This document shows, piece by piece, positions 1 to 9,411 of a stretch of DNA of 64,000 nt. The stretch's first letter is position 1, and each line of letters opens with the position of its first letter. The notes under the pieces were generated by a model. That model did not search any database. It was given only the letters and a program-made list of their open reading frames with translations, and was not told the origin of the DNA. Origin of the DNA: a virus. Taxonomy: Duplodnaviria > Caudoviricetes. The stretch lies in the IMG/VR virus record IMGVR_UViG_3300026116_000035; one strand, 5' to 3'. The position numbers were made by a program, and so were the translations under genes.

Positions 1-429
1 CTTGGATGTTTTGGAAGGAATGATGATGGATTTGTAAGCTGTTCTAGCTGTGAAAACAAAATCCTAAATGTAAACGCTCGTCTTGATAAATATAACGAAA
101 TTATGGACTATTTGGAAGCTTGCCGTCTTTTTGACAGACCGATTTTTGAATATAGTACTATAGCTCATTTTATTAAAAATATGCAGGATAGATACGATCA
201 AATAGCCGTTGGTCGTAGATTATGGTCAGAAAAACAGTATAATCTTTATTTAAAATTTATTGCCGAACATAAATTATGCGGATGTTACGTTAAATTAGCG
301 TTATTAGACCAAAATACGGTCGAAAAACTCACTCCTGAAGAAAAAGGAGTAATTATTAAAGCTCAAAAAAATGAAGAATTAAAAATTAACCCCAAAGTTA
401 ATTTAAAATTAATCAAATTTCGTAGATAA
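1..429 (+). CDS. hypothetical protein, 5'-truncated by window edge
   Basis: Frame 1 is open from base 1 (LGCFGRNDDGFVSCSSC...) into the listed ORF 103..429. Confidence 0.7.
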   Translation, partial: LGCFGRNDDGFVSCSSCENKILNVNARLDKYNEIMDYLEACRLFDRPIFEYSTIAHFIKNMQDRYDQIAVGRRLWSEKQYNLYLKFIAEHKLCGCYVKLALLDQNTVEKLTPEEKGVIIKAQKNEELKINPKVNLKLIKFRR

Positions 430-465
430 TAATTTAGCATAATAATACAACCCGCAGGAGCAATA

Positions 466-657
466 ATGAATTCTAATTCAGATGAAGAATATTTTATTTT
501 GGCCGGACTTGAAATTCTCGAGTCCAGGAAAAGTTCTTCTAAATCTATTCATTGTTATGGATGCGGTAATTTAATTAAATCTGGATCTTTGTTAGTTTGT
601 GCCGAATGTTTATCTGGCGAATGTGAAACATTTGAAGAATTAGCAATTGATGATTAA
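466..657 (+). CDS. small zinc-ribbon protein
   Basis: CYGC...CAEC; AGGAG upstream of ATG. Confidence 0.65.
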   Translation: MNSNSDEEYFILAGLEILESRKSSSKSIHCYGCGNLIKSGSLLVCAECLSGECETFEELAIDD

Positions 658-671
658 TTTCGTATACATAT

Positions 672-911
672 GTGACACTTTTTAAGAATCCATTAATAAT
701 ACATCTTTTAATTGTAAAATGTCAATTAAATTATTTAGAATCCATTTTAGACACAAATGATTCTGATGAATGGCCGGAAGGTTATTATGGAGAAATTTTA
801 TTAGCCACAGATAGATTTTATCGAATTCGTGACAAATTAGTTAAAATTTCTTCAGAAGATTCAATTGATAAAATATTATGGATGTTATATAAAAATGCAG
901 GAGAATGTTAA
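672..911 (+). CDS. hypothetical protein
   Basis: ORF track; GTG start; co-oriented, overlaps next gene. Confidence 0.55.
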   Translation: MTLFKNPLIIHLLIVKCQLNYLESILDTNDSDEWPEGYYGEILLATDRFYRIRDKLVKISSEDSIDKILWMLYKNAGEC

Positions 912-1165
912 TGGTAAATGAATTAGATTTAATAACAGCATTAGATGAATCTTTAAAGTTATCTTTTGAAGAAACTAATAATTTTTATTTTAAAGTTAAA
1001 AATGTAATTGAAAATTCTACTCCAGATGAAGCTTCGAGAGTTATTTTAGCTTCTGTTGTAGAAATATTAAATAAATCAAACGAGAAAATTAAAGATAAAT
1101 TACTTCCAGGACCAGATGGTGGAGTTAAAATTGTTAGTGGTCTTTTTAGACGAGTACCTTCCTGA
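905..1165 (+). CDS. hypothetical protein
   Basis: ORF track; tight packing. Confidence 0.6.
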   Translation: MLMVNELDLITALDESLKLSFEETNNFYFKVKNVIENSTPDEASRVILASVVEILNKSNEKIKDKLLPGPDGGVKIVSGLFRRVPS

Positions 1166-1188
1166 TATCAATATTTTCTTATAATATT

Positions 1189-1410
1189 ATGAGAAAAATT
1201 GCTGAAAAAAACATTTCAAATAGAAATAGAGCCATTAGAAAAGCTTTGTTAGCTAGATTATTAAAGCAAAATGAAAATGGTGAAATAAGTAATTTACAAC
1301 ATCCAGGAAGAATTACAAAAGAATATATCTCTCCAATAGATAGAAGTTCAAATAATTATGGATATATGACTATGAGCGAAATGGGCTCTGGATCTTCAAT
1401 TGTTTCATAA
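1189..1410 (+). CDS. small basic hypothetical protein
   Basis: ORF track; Arg/Lys-rich N-terminal helix. Confidence 0.6.
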   Translation: MRKIAEKNISNRNRAIRKALLARLLKQNENGEISNLQHPGRITKEYISPIDRSSNNYGYMTMSEMGSGSSIVS

Positions 1411-1422
1411 AAGGATATTTAA

Positions 1423-1815
1423 ATGCGTACAGTAACAGAAAATTTAAAAGAACGATTAGTTGCCCAAGCTGAAGAGGCTAAACTTCAAGGTTTAACTAAA
1501 ACAGCCGCTCATTTAATAAATCAAGCTGAAAATGTTGAAGTTAGAGCTAATTTACAATCTTACACATATTCTAATGAAGATTTTCAGAATGATGTGGAAG
1601 ATTCAATTTGGAAAGCTGTCATTCGATTTGCTGATTTCCATAATGCGTCTATAGATGCAATTCAAGCTCAAGATATTGTTGAAAAAGTAGCAAAAGATTT
1701 AGTATCAGAATTAAGAGCAAAAACTGGAATGAGTCATGGTATTGGAGCTTTTGAGCCTACAGTAGCTGGAGAATCAAGACAAACCTTAATTTTATCGGTT
1801 GAAGAAGATGAATGA
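1423..1815 (+). CDS. hypothetical protein carrying the head-protein helical module (AEEAKLQGLTKTAAHL)
   Basis: AAGGA upstream; motif shared with ORFs at 33.6-61.9 kb. Confidence 0.7.
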   Translation: MRTVTENLKERLVAQAEEAKLQGLTKTAAHLINQAENVEVRANLQSYTYSNEDFQNDVEDSIWKAVIRFADFHNASIDAIQAQDIVEKVAKDLVSELRAKTGMSHGIGAFEPTVAGESRQTLILSVEEDE

Positions 1816-2233
1816 AAAAGTAAAGTTAGATAATACTAAATCAAGATTTGCAAAAAAAGCAGAAGAGCAAAAAAAGCAAGAAGCTCAATTTGATCAATCT
1901 GTAGATGATTATCAAAAAAATCAAGCGGCTCTTGTTAAAAAAGCTAGTGAATTATCTTCACAATTTATGTCTTATATAAAGGACCAAAGGCTTAATTTAC
2001 CGGAAAATAAAGGTCCAGTTTTAATCGAAATGGAAAAACAAATCTGTAAAGAACTTACGGATTTATCATTAGAATTAAATCAAGATCAAAGTCAACCGGA
2101 GGGAATTGGTTCGGCTGGCATGATTTTATTATTATTAAAAACTGTATTAGTACAGAGGGATTTTATAAATGAATTGCGTTATGATATTTCTAAATTAAAG
2201 AAAAATTCGAGTGCGTCTGGTAATGGCGAATAA
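1808..2233 (+). CDS. coiled-coil hypothetical protein
   Basis: ORF track 1799..2233; in-frame ATG at 1808 overlapping the previous stop. Confidence 0.7.
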   Translation: MNEKVKLDNTKSRFAKKAEEQKKQEAQFDQSVDDYQKNQAALVKKASELSSQFMSYIKDQRLNLPENKGPVLIEMEKQICKELTDLSLELNQDQSQPEGIGSAGMILLLLKTVLVQRDFINELRYDISKLKKNSSASGNGE

Positions 2234-2423
2234 AATTTTAGATATAGATTATATTTTAACTCTCCTTTCGGATGAAAAAGAGAGTTATTCACAATATGTA
2301 AGCATTTGCGAGAAATACAAAATACAATTGGATCCGATAGTGACAGCTGTCTCAATAGCGAGGCAGGAGATCTTATTGAAGATTCTGGATGGGAAATCGA
2401 ATCAGATTCAATTTCATCCATAG
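2223..2423 (+). CDS. hypothetical protein
   Basis: ATG 2223 (MANKILDIDY...); overlaps next ORF by 118 nt. Confidence 0.5.
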   Translation: MANKILDIDYILTLLSDEKESYSQYVSICEKYKIQLDPIVTAVSIARQEILLKILDGKSNQIQFHP

Positions 2424-2995
2424 AGGAAAAATCTAAAGAATTTGAATGGAAATTAATTAAATTAGCTAATCAAAAGGTTGATTTAATGAATATATTCAAA
2501 TCATTGAATATATCATTTAGTAATATTATTTATAGTCCTAGTGGTTGGACTCATAATACAAATTGCCCTTTTAAAGACCATAATGATCAAAGTCCATCAT
2601 TTTGGTATAATTCCGTAGATAACTTTTTTAAGTGTCACGGATGTCAAAAAGGCGGTGGAGCTGTTCAATTTTTATCATTTTTTAATAATAAACCGCAAAT
2701 TGAAATAGCTAAAGATTTACTAGCTAAGTATGGCGATTTAGAAGATGTAGTTGAAGAAATTGATGACGAATTAAGAAAAAAAGTTGATAATTTAATATTA
2801 ACATCTTCTGAATATTTTAAAAATTTTATGAAAACTCATTCAGATGAGCCTAAATTATTAAATTTTGCTGAAAATTTATTATGGAGTTTAGATATTTATT
2901 TGGAACGGTTAAATTTAGCCAAAAATAATATCGAGATAGAAAATTTAGAAGCCAGAATAAATATTATGAAAAGAAAGTTGGCTAAATTTGAGTAA
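2306..2995 (+). CDS. CHC2 zinc-finger protein (primase zinc-binding-domain-like, no Toprim domain)
   Basis: CPFKDHNDQSPSF...FKCHGCQKGGGAVQF matches the DnaG CHC2 pattern; start uncertain (TTG 2306 or ATG 2487). Confidence 0.85.
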   Translation: MREIQNTIGSDSDSCLNSEAGDLIEDSGWEIESDSISSIEEKSKEFEWKLIKLANQKVDLMNIFKSLNISFSNIIYSPSGWTHNTNCPFKDHNDQSPSFWYNSVDNFFKCHGCQKGGGAVQFLSFFNNKPQIEIAKDLLAKYGDLEDVVEEIDDELRKKVDNLILTSSEYFKNFMKTHSDEPKLLNFAENLLWSLDIYLERLNLAKNNIEIENLEARINIMKRKLAKFE

Positions 2996-4187
2996 AACAT
3001 TAATTATTGGCGACGTCCATATAGGAAAAGGCTTATCTTTAGGTAAGCCTGGTATCGGAAATGCCTTTAATAGCCGTATAAATGATCAAATTCGGCTATT
3101 AGACTGGATTATTGATGTTATTGAAGAAAATCAAGTTGATAGAGTTATTTTAACTGGTGATATTTTTGAAGATACAAGGCCTGAGTTTTATTTATTTAAA
3201 ATATTTATTGATTGGTTAAAACGATTAGAATTACAAAGTGTAGATTGTCATATTATTTCTGGAAATCATGATATAAAACGTTCTGGAAATGTATATTCTT
3301 CTGTTTTAGATATTATTTCTAGTTTAGATTTTGAGCATATTTTTTATCATAAATCTTTAACAACAGTACATACTCCTGGCGTTTCTTTTACTCTTTTGCC
3401 ATATAAAGATCGTAGAGGGATGAATGCTGAAACGAATACTCAAGCATTAAAATCTATAGAAGATTGTATTAGTTATGAAGTTTCAGGTATTCCTCATGAT
3501 GATATTAAGGTTTTAGTAGGACATTTAGCTTTAGAAAATTCCATATATGTTGGTGATGAAATTGATGATTTTCAAAATGAATTAATTTGTCCATTATCTT
3601 TATTTTTAAATTATCAATACACTTGGATGGGACATGTTCATCGTCCTCAAATAGCCAGTTATAAACCTCATATAGCCCATATTGGAAGTCTTGATTTATC
3701 GGATTATGGTGAAACAAATCATACAAAAATTTTGATATTATTTGATCCTAATCTTGAAGACCATTTTAAAGAAATTCCTGTTCCATCTAGGCCTTTACGT
3801 AGATTAAAAATTTCTATACCAGAAAATAATGATTCTACAGAATATGTTATTGAAGCAGTTAAGACTCATAATGAAACATTAAATTATAAAAATGCGTTAG
3901 TTAAATTAGAAATAACGATAAATGGGGAACAAGTTGGAGTTGATAAGAAAAAAATCGAAGAATTTATTTATTCTTTAGGTGCTTTTTATATTTCCAATAT
4001 TTCCGAGTCGAGAAATATTTCTGTAGTAACTCAAGAAAAAAGAGAACTTGTTGATAATACTGTAGATCCTAAATCTGCAATTAAATTATATGCTTCGTCT
4101 ATGACATTTAAAAATGATGATGAAAAAAATGCTTTTATAAAAGAATGCTTTCTAGTTATAGATGAGTACAAAGAAAGTGGTAAATAA
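2988..4187 (+). CDS. sbcD: SbcD/Mre11-family nuclease
   Basis: Metallophosphoesterase motifs GDVH, GDIFE, GNHD, GH, GHVH; adjacent to SbcC. Confidence 0.92.
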   Translation: MSKTLIIGDVHIGKGLSLGKPGIGNAFNSRINDQIRLLDWIIDVIEENQVDRVILTGDIFEDTRPEFYLFKIFIDWLKRLELQSVDCHIISGNHDIKRSGNVYSSVLDIISSLDFEHIFYHKSLTTVHTPGVSFTLLPYKDRRGMNAETNTQALKSIEDCISYEVSGIPHDDIKVLVGHLALENSIYVGDEIDDFQNELICPLSLFLNYQYTWMGHVHRPQIASYKPHIAHIGSLDLSDYGETNHTKILILFDPNLEDHFKEIPVPSRPLRRLKISIPENNDSTEYVIEAVKTHNETLNYKNALVKLEITINGEQVGVDKKKIEEFIYSLGAFYISNISESRNISVVTQEKRELVDNTVDPKSAIKLYASSMTFKNDDEKNAFIKECFLVIDEYKESGK

Positions 4188-6352
4188 TGCTTCCTAGACG
4201 AATTTATATGTTAAATTTTATGGGTCATATCGAAACTGATATTGATTGTACCAAATTTAATTCATGTTTAATTGTTGGAAAAAATAAGAAAAATCCTAAT
4301 ATTTCCAATGGAGTAGGCAAAAGTACGATTTATAAAGCTATAGATTTCGTTTTATATGGTGAATATGCATGTGATAAAATTGAAGAAATTATTCGAGATG
4401 AAGCAGAACTTTGTAAGGTGATTTTTGAATTTGAATTAGAAAATGCAATTTATCAGATTATTAGACAAAGATCTAAAAGCGGAACTCATATATATTTAAA
4501 TCAATTTATTGGTGATAAATGGGAATCTTTAACTGCAAAAACTAATACGCAAACAGAAGCTGAATTACATAAATTAATTAAAATATCATATAAAGCATTT
4601 AAAAATTCAATTTCTTTTGCTCAATCGGATTTAGAAGGAATTTGTTCAGCTACGCCGGATAAAAGAAAAGAATTATTAAAAGAGCCGTTAAATATTAGTA
4701 TTTATAACAAATTTCACAAAATAGCTAAAAAACGATTAGATGATCAGAATAAAGAATTAGATAGAAATAATTATGGAATTCAAGCCTTAGGTTCGCCAGA
4801 AAAAGAATTAGAAGAAATATTTAATAAAATTAAGATAGCTGAAAATGAAATCTTATTAAAACGTAAACAATATGATGATTCTCAAAATGAATTAATTAAG
4901 AAAAAAGTAGAATTATCAGAATTACAAAAATTAATTAAATCGGAATCTACTGATATTAACGCTCAATTACTTGAAGTTAAGCAAAGAATTAGAGAAGTTG
5001 AAACTGAATTATCTAGAACTAATTCAGAACATTCTTCATCTTCCAAAAAAATGGAAGAATTTAAAAAAGATTTAGCGTTAAAATTATCAGGATTGCAAGA
5101 TAAAGTAGATAATTTAAAAAAACTTAAATCTGAAGAATTAAGAACACCATTAACTATACAAAATGAGTTAGATTCATTTATTGAAAAAGAGCAGCGTGGT
5201 AGAGTTTTAATCGCAAAATTAGAAGCAGATAAAATTAAGTTCAGCCAATCTATTCCAGAAATTGGCGAATGTGTAATGTGTTTTCAAGAAATTACCAATA
5301 ATCATCGCGAAAAATGTCTGGAAGAAGCTAATAAAAATCTTGAAACCGTATTAAATGAATTAAAAAAATACAATGACGGTATGGAAAAATGTATTTCTAG
5401 ACGTAAAAAATTAGAATTAGAGCAACGTGAAACTGCTAAAAAATTAGCTCAAATTGATTCTATGGAGCTTGAAATAGCTAATTGGAAAAATAATATAAAT
5501 AAAACTCAAGAATTAGTTAATCAATATAATGGCACAATAGATTTAAAAAATACAGATTTATTAAGATTAAATTCATCATTAGAATCTTTAAAAGCCAAAC
5601 AAGTTATTCTTGTAAATAATTTAAAAAAGACTAATATAAATGAATTAAATATTAAAATTGATAATATTAATATTTTAATATCTAAACTTGAAAATGAAAA
5701 TAAACAATTACTTCAACAAATTTCTTCAGCTGACACTTTATTAGGTATTTTAAAAGAGAAGAAAGTAAATACTGAAGAAAATATTTTAAAACTAAAAATA
5801 TTATTAAATGAAAAAATAGATATAGAAAATAAAATATCTTTACAAATTAAAGTTGTAAAAGCTTATTCTTCTCATGGAATTCCTTCGTTAATTATAAATA
5901 CAATTTTAGATGATCTGCAAATTGAAGCTAATATGTTATTGGCTCAATTACGTCCCAGCCTTCAATTTCAATTTAAGTTAGACAAAAATGATGAAGACGT
6001 TTTAGATATTATTTATAAAGTTCATGATAAAGAAAGAAGTTATCGTTTGCTTTCAGGTGGGCAAAAGATGATGATTAATATTTGTATGAAATTAGCTTTA
6101 TCTAAAATTATTCAAAGAAGATTAGGTGTTGATATTAAGTTTATTTTATTAGATGAGGTAGATCAATCTTTAGATAAATCTGGTGTAGATGATTTAGCCG
6201 AAGTAATTAAAAAATGGCAAAATAACTTTAAAATTTTCCTAATTACACATAATAGAGAATTAAAAGAAAAATTCTCTGATTTTATTATTGTTGAAGGAGA
6301 AGATAGGCAAGGAAGTAAGGCTCATTATTCTACAAGTTGGGATGAAGTATAA
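4187..6352 (+). CDS. sbcC: SbcC/Rad50-family ATPase
   Basis: Walker A NGVGKS, long coiled coil with CVMC zinc hook, LSGGQ signature, LLDEVD Walker B. Confidence 0.93.
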   Translation: MLPRRIYMLNFMGHIETDIDCTKFNSCLIVGKNKKNPNISNGVGKSTIYKAIDFVLYGEYACDKIEEIIRDEAELCKVIFEFELENAIYQIIRQRSKSGTHIYLNQFIGDKWESLTAKTNTQTEAELHKLIKISYKAFKNSISFAQSDLEGICSATPDKRKELLKEPLNISIYNKFHKIAKKRLDDQNKELDRNNYGIQALGSPEKELEEIFNKIKIAENEILLKRKQYDDSQNELIKKKVELSELQKLIKSESTDINAQLLEVKQRIREVETELSRTNSEHSSSSKKMEEFKKDLALKLSGLQDKVDNLKKLKSEELRTPLTIQNELDSFIEKEQRGRVLIAKLEADKIKFSQSIPEIGECVMCFQEITNNHREKCLEEANKNLETVLNELKKYNDGMEKCISRRKKLELEQRETAKKLAQIDSMELEIANWKNNINKTQELVNQYNGTIDLKNTDLLRLNSSLESLKAKQVILVNNLKKTNINELNIKIDNINILISKLENENKQLLQQISSADTLLGILKEKKVNTEENILKLKILLNEKIDIENKISLQIKVVKAYSSHGIPSLIINTILDDLQIEANMLLAQLRPSLQFQFKLDKNDEDVLDIIYKVHDKERSYRLLSGGQKMMINICMKLALSKIIQRRLGVDIKFILLDEVDQSLDKSGVDDLAEVIKKWQNNFKIFLITHNRELKEKFSDFIIVEGEDRQGSKAHYSTSWDEV

Positions 6353-6402
6353 TGGGATATAATTTTTTAATATTATTTATAATTTGGCTTTTAATTGCAT
6401 AA
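6352..6402 (+). CDS. 16-aa hydrophobic peptide (MGYNFLILFIIWLLIA), not in ORF track
   Basis: TAATG stop/start overlap with sbcC; single hydrophobic stretch. Confidence 0.25.
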   Translation: MGYNFLILFIIWLLIA

Positions 6403-6406
6403 AAAT

Positions 6407-6553
6407 ATGATTAAGAATATTTATTTTATTTTTCTTTATTTTATTATTATTGCTGTTAGTGTAAATTCAATTGCCCTATTTAGCGTTTGTTTACTGTTTA
6501 TAATTACATTTTTATATTTAGTAATAAATTTAAAAAATTGGAATAAAATATGA
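6407..6553 (+). CDS. 48-aa membrane protein, not in ORF track
   Basis: MIKNIYFIFLYFIIIAVSVNSIALFSVCLLFIITFLYLVINLKNWNKI; ATGA overlap with next gene. Confidence 0.5.
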   Translation: MIKNIYFIFLYFIIIAVSVNSIALFSVCLLFIITFLYLVINLKNWNKI

Positions 6554-7155
6554 TAATAGGAATTAGTGGAAAAGCGGGGTCTGGAAAAGATACAATTTCA
6601 GATTATATAGTAAAAAATCATAATTTTATTAAAATAGCTTTCGCTGATTCAATAAAACGAATATTAATGGAAGTTTATGGTTTTACATATACTCAACTTT
6701 GGGGTCCTTCAGAAGAGCGAGGTAAAATAGACCCAAGGTATGGAAAAGCTGTCAGAGAATTTATTCAAGGATTTGGGGATAAAGGCCGAGAATTATGTTT
6801 GAGTACTTGGATTAACAAAACTGTAAACATTATAGAAAAAGTTCATAATACAACCGGATGGACCTATATAGATCATTTAGGATTACAAGAAAATTATGAT
6901 TATGATTTTGATTCTAAATCTATAATTATATCTGATGGACGTTATCTAAATGAATTAGAGGCATTAAAAAAAATTAATGCTAAATTAATTAGAATAATTA
7001 GACCAGAAAATAATTTATTAGGAAAATTGGGAGGGCATAGTTCAGAAACAGACCAAAATGAAATTCCTAATTCATATTTTGATGAAATTATTATTAATAA
7101 TGGGTCTTTAGAGGATTTGTATTTAAAAATAGATAATATATTGTCTAAAAGGTAA
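6550..7155 (+). CDS. deoxynucleoside monophosphate kinase (T4 gp1-like)
   Basis: IIGISGKAGSGKDT P-loop, FAD, SDGRYLNE, HSSE motifs. Confidence 0.88.
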   Translation: MIIGISGKAGSGKDTISDYIVKNHNFIKIAFADSIKRILMEVYGFTYTQLWGPSEERGKIDPRYGKAVREFIQGFGDKGRELCLSTWINKTVNIIEKVHNTTGWTYIDHLGLQENYDYDFDSKSIIISDGRYLNELEALKKINAKLIRIIRPENNLLGKLGGHSSETDQNEIPNSYFDEIIINNGSLEDLYLKIDNILSKR

Positions 7156-7187
7156 TTTGTATAATATTTTGATATATTAATATACAA

Positions 7188-7493
7188 ATGGCTAAAAATA
7201 TAACAGAAAAGCATATAGAGGAATATACTAAAATACTCGATAAAAAAGGAGAGGACGGATTTTATCGTCATGCGGTAGCTGTTGGAATTAAACAATCAAC
7301 AAGAAATCCTACTCCCCAAATAGATATGTTAGAATTATCCGATGCTTTTTTTCTTTTAAATCGTAGAACTGGAGAAAATTTATACTCTACATTTGGAAAA
7401 TTATTCAGAAGAGCTGCTCATACTTTATATAGACAATTTAATAAAGAAGATGCTAATAAACCAATAAATAAAAAGTTTCTTCGGGCGGTATAA
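7188..7493 (+). CDS. hypothetical protein
   Basis: ORF track. Confidence 0.7.
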   Translation: MAKNITEKHIEEYTKILDKKGEDGFYRHAVAVGIKQSTRNPTPQIDMLELSDAFFLLNRRTGENLYSTFGKLFRRAAHTLYRQFNKEDANKPINKKFLRAV

Positions 7494-7496
7494 TTC

Positions 7497-8480
7497 ATGG
7501 CCGTTATTACTTTAACTATTGCATCTAGTCCTATAGAAATTGTTTCTGGAATACCTAAAAGCATTTATGTTTCTACCAATATTCCAGCTACAGTATTTTT
7601 TACTTTAGATGGCACAAATCCTACCGTTGATTCTGAAATCATTGTAGGAGGCATAGATTTACCCACAAATAATAATTCTATAACTTTTAAAGCTTTTGCA
7701 ACTGATGGAACCACTACTTCTGCGATAATTACCCAAATATATAAAAATACAACAATTTCTAATTTAAGACAAGCTAGAGATAAAGTTATAGGATTAGATA
7801 ATAAATCTAATTCAAATTTAGGTATTTTCGGTTCTAATTCTCCAAATCCAAATGTTACTTTTGGAAATATTGGTGGAATCATTGTAAATGCTGCTGATTC
7901 TGTAGGGATTCCAGACGGATATGACGGAACAGCTACAGGTACTCCAGCAACATTTACCGATGAACCACTGAGCTCTTATCAATTTTTATATTCTACAACA
8001 AATAGATTAGGTGAAACTGGTAAAGGTATCGGAACGTTACCAGCTACAATTAAAATATATGTACCACCGCCACCTCCAGAAAGTTCAAATACTAGTAATA
8101 AATTATTCAATCCTAAATCTTTATTAATTATTCAAGATGGTACGAAACCTCCAGAAAATCCTGATATAGCATTAATAAATCGTCCATTTTTCTCATTAAA
8201 TAATCCAAATATTACGGATGGTACAGAATATACAAAAACTGCATTTGAAGGATCGACTTTATCAGGTTCATTTTTAAGACAGTTTTATAATCCGAGAGAC
8301 CAAACGATTACTTATTATTATTTTGATAGCAAGGCTTTACGTTGGATTATTTCAAAAGAGCCTTATGTAGCTAAAACTCCTGACTTATTTAATTATGCAA
8401 CAATGGTATTCCCTAATAGAGATAGGGGTTCAAAATTTGTTTATGATTGGGGTATTTTTAGAAGGAGAGTCTTACCTTAA
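7497..8480 (+). CDS. probable virion protein with N-terminal Fn3-associated/chitobiase-C-like beta domain
   Basis: ATVFFTLDGTNPT...ITFKAFA pattern; Thr/Gly/Pro-rich. Confidence 0.6.
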   Translation: MAVITLTIASSPIEIVSGIPKSIYVSTNIPATVFFTLDGTNPTVDSEIIVGGIDLPTNNNSITFKAFATDGTTTSAIITQIYKNTTISNLRQARDKVIGLDNKSNSNLGIFGSNSPNPNVTFGNIGGIIVNAADSVGIPDGYDGTATGTPATFTDEPLSSYQFLYSTTNRLGETGKGIGTLPATIKIYVPPPPPESSNTSNKLFNPKSLLIIQDGTKPPENPDIALINRPFFSLNNPNITDGTEYTKTAFEGSTLSGSFLRQFYNPRDQTITYYYFDSKALRWIISKEPYVAKTPDLFNYATMVFPNRDRGSKFVYDWGIFRRRVLP

Positions 8481-8492
8481 AAGAAAGTTTAA

Positions 8493-9392
8493 ATGCCTGT
8501 CGAATTTACAGAAGTATTAGAAGATCGACCTAAAAATATATCTTTATTAAATCTATCAGTTTCTAAAGCTAAATCATTTAAAGATTGTCAAGCCAAATTT
8601 AGATTCTCTTATATTGAAAGATTACCACAAAAAGAACGAGATTACCATATATTTGGTAAATTTCTTCATGAAGTTTTAGAAAAATTTCATAAAGAATTAA
8701 TAGCAGGATGTACCGATCCTTATAATATTATTATTTCTCGTTCTTTTAAATCTGCTTATCAAAACTTTAAAAATAAATTAAATGAAGATCAAATTAAAGA
8801 ATGTAAAAATATTATTAAAAAATATCTTATTAAATTAGATACAGATAAAAAAATAGGAAGAATTGCTCAAGTTTTAGATGTAGAAAAACAATTTTATATA
8901 AATATTAATAATAAAATATTATTAAATGGTTTTATTGATAGAGTGCAACTAGATGCGGATGGAATATTACATGTAGGTGATTATAAAACAACTCTGCTTA
9001 TTGATAAAAAAAATCCAGATGGCGTTTTTTCTGAATCTGAAAAATATAAAAGATATAAGAAAGATTTATTTCAATTAAGAACTTATGCATATGTAATGTG
9101 CTTAGAAGATCCGACTCTGCAAAAAGTCCGATGTTCATATATAATGTTACGTCATGATTTTCATTTAATAGAAAAAGTCTTTTCAAGAAATGAAATAATG
9201 GAAATGGGTGATATATTTCTTGATTACGCACAAAAAATCGAGGAAGAAAAATTATATAGACCAAATCTTACGCCTTTATGTGAATATTGTGATTTTGCAG
9301 AAAAAGATATCTGTACTCCTGGATTTGATTATGTAAAATCTAGAAATGAAGAAAAAAATGCAGGTAAGTCATTTGGTGAAACTGATTGGTAA
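8493..9392 (+). CDS. PD-(D/E)XK nuclease, RecB/Cas4-like, probable Fe-S cluster
   Basis: LSVS..C, GKFLHEVLE, VEK, GFIDRV, GDYKT, QLRTYA, C-terminal CEYC...C. Confidence 0.88.
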   Translation: MPVEFTEVLEDRPKNISLLNLSVSKAKSFKDCQAKFRFSYIERLPQKERDYHIFGKFLHEVLEKFHKELIAGCTDPYNIIISRSFKSAYQNFKNKLNEDQIKECKNIIKKYLIKLDTDKKIGRIAQVLDVEKQFYININNKILLNGFIDRVQLDADGILHVGDYKTTLLIDKKNPDGVFSESEKYKRYKKDLFQLRTYAYVMCLEDPTLQKVRCSYIMLRHDFHLIEKVFSRNEIMEMGDIFLDYAQKIEEEKLYRPNLTPLCEYCDFAEKDICTPGFDYVKSRNEEKNAGKSFGETDW

Positions 9393-9411
9393 TTTAATTA
9401 AGGAAGTTTAA

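Noticed and set aside
8493-9392. Cas4 as part of a CRISPR system
   Set aside because: Stand-alone PD-(D/E)XK nuclease with no array or other cas genes nearby
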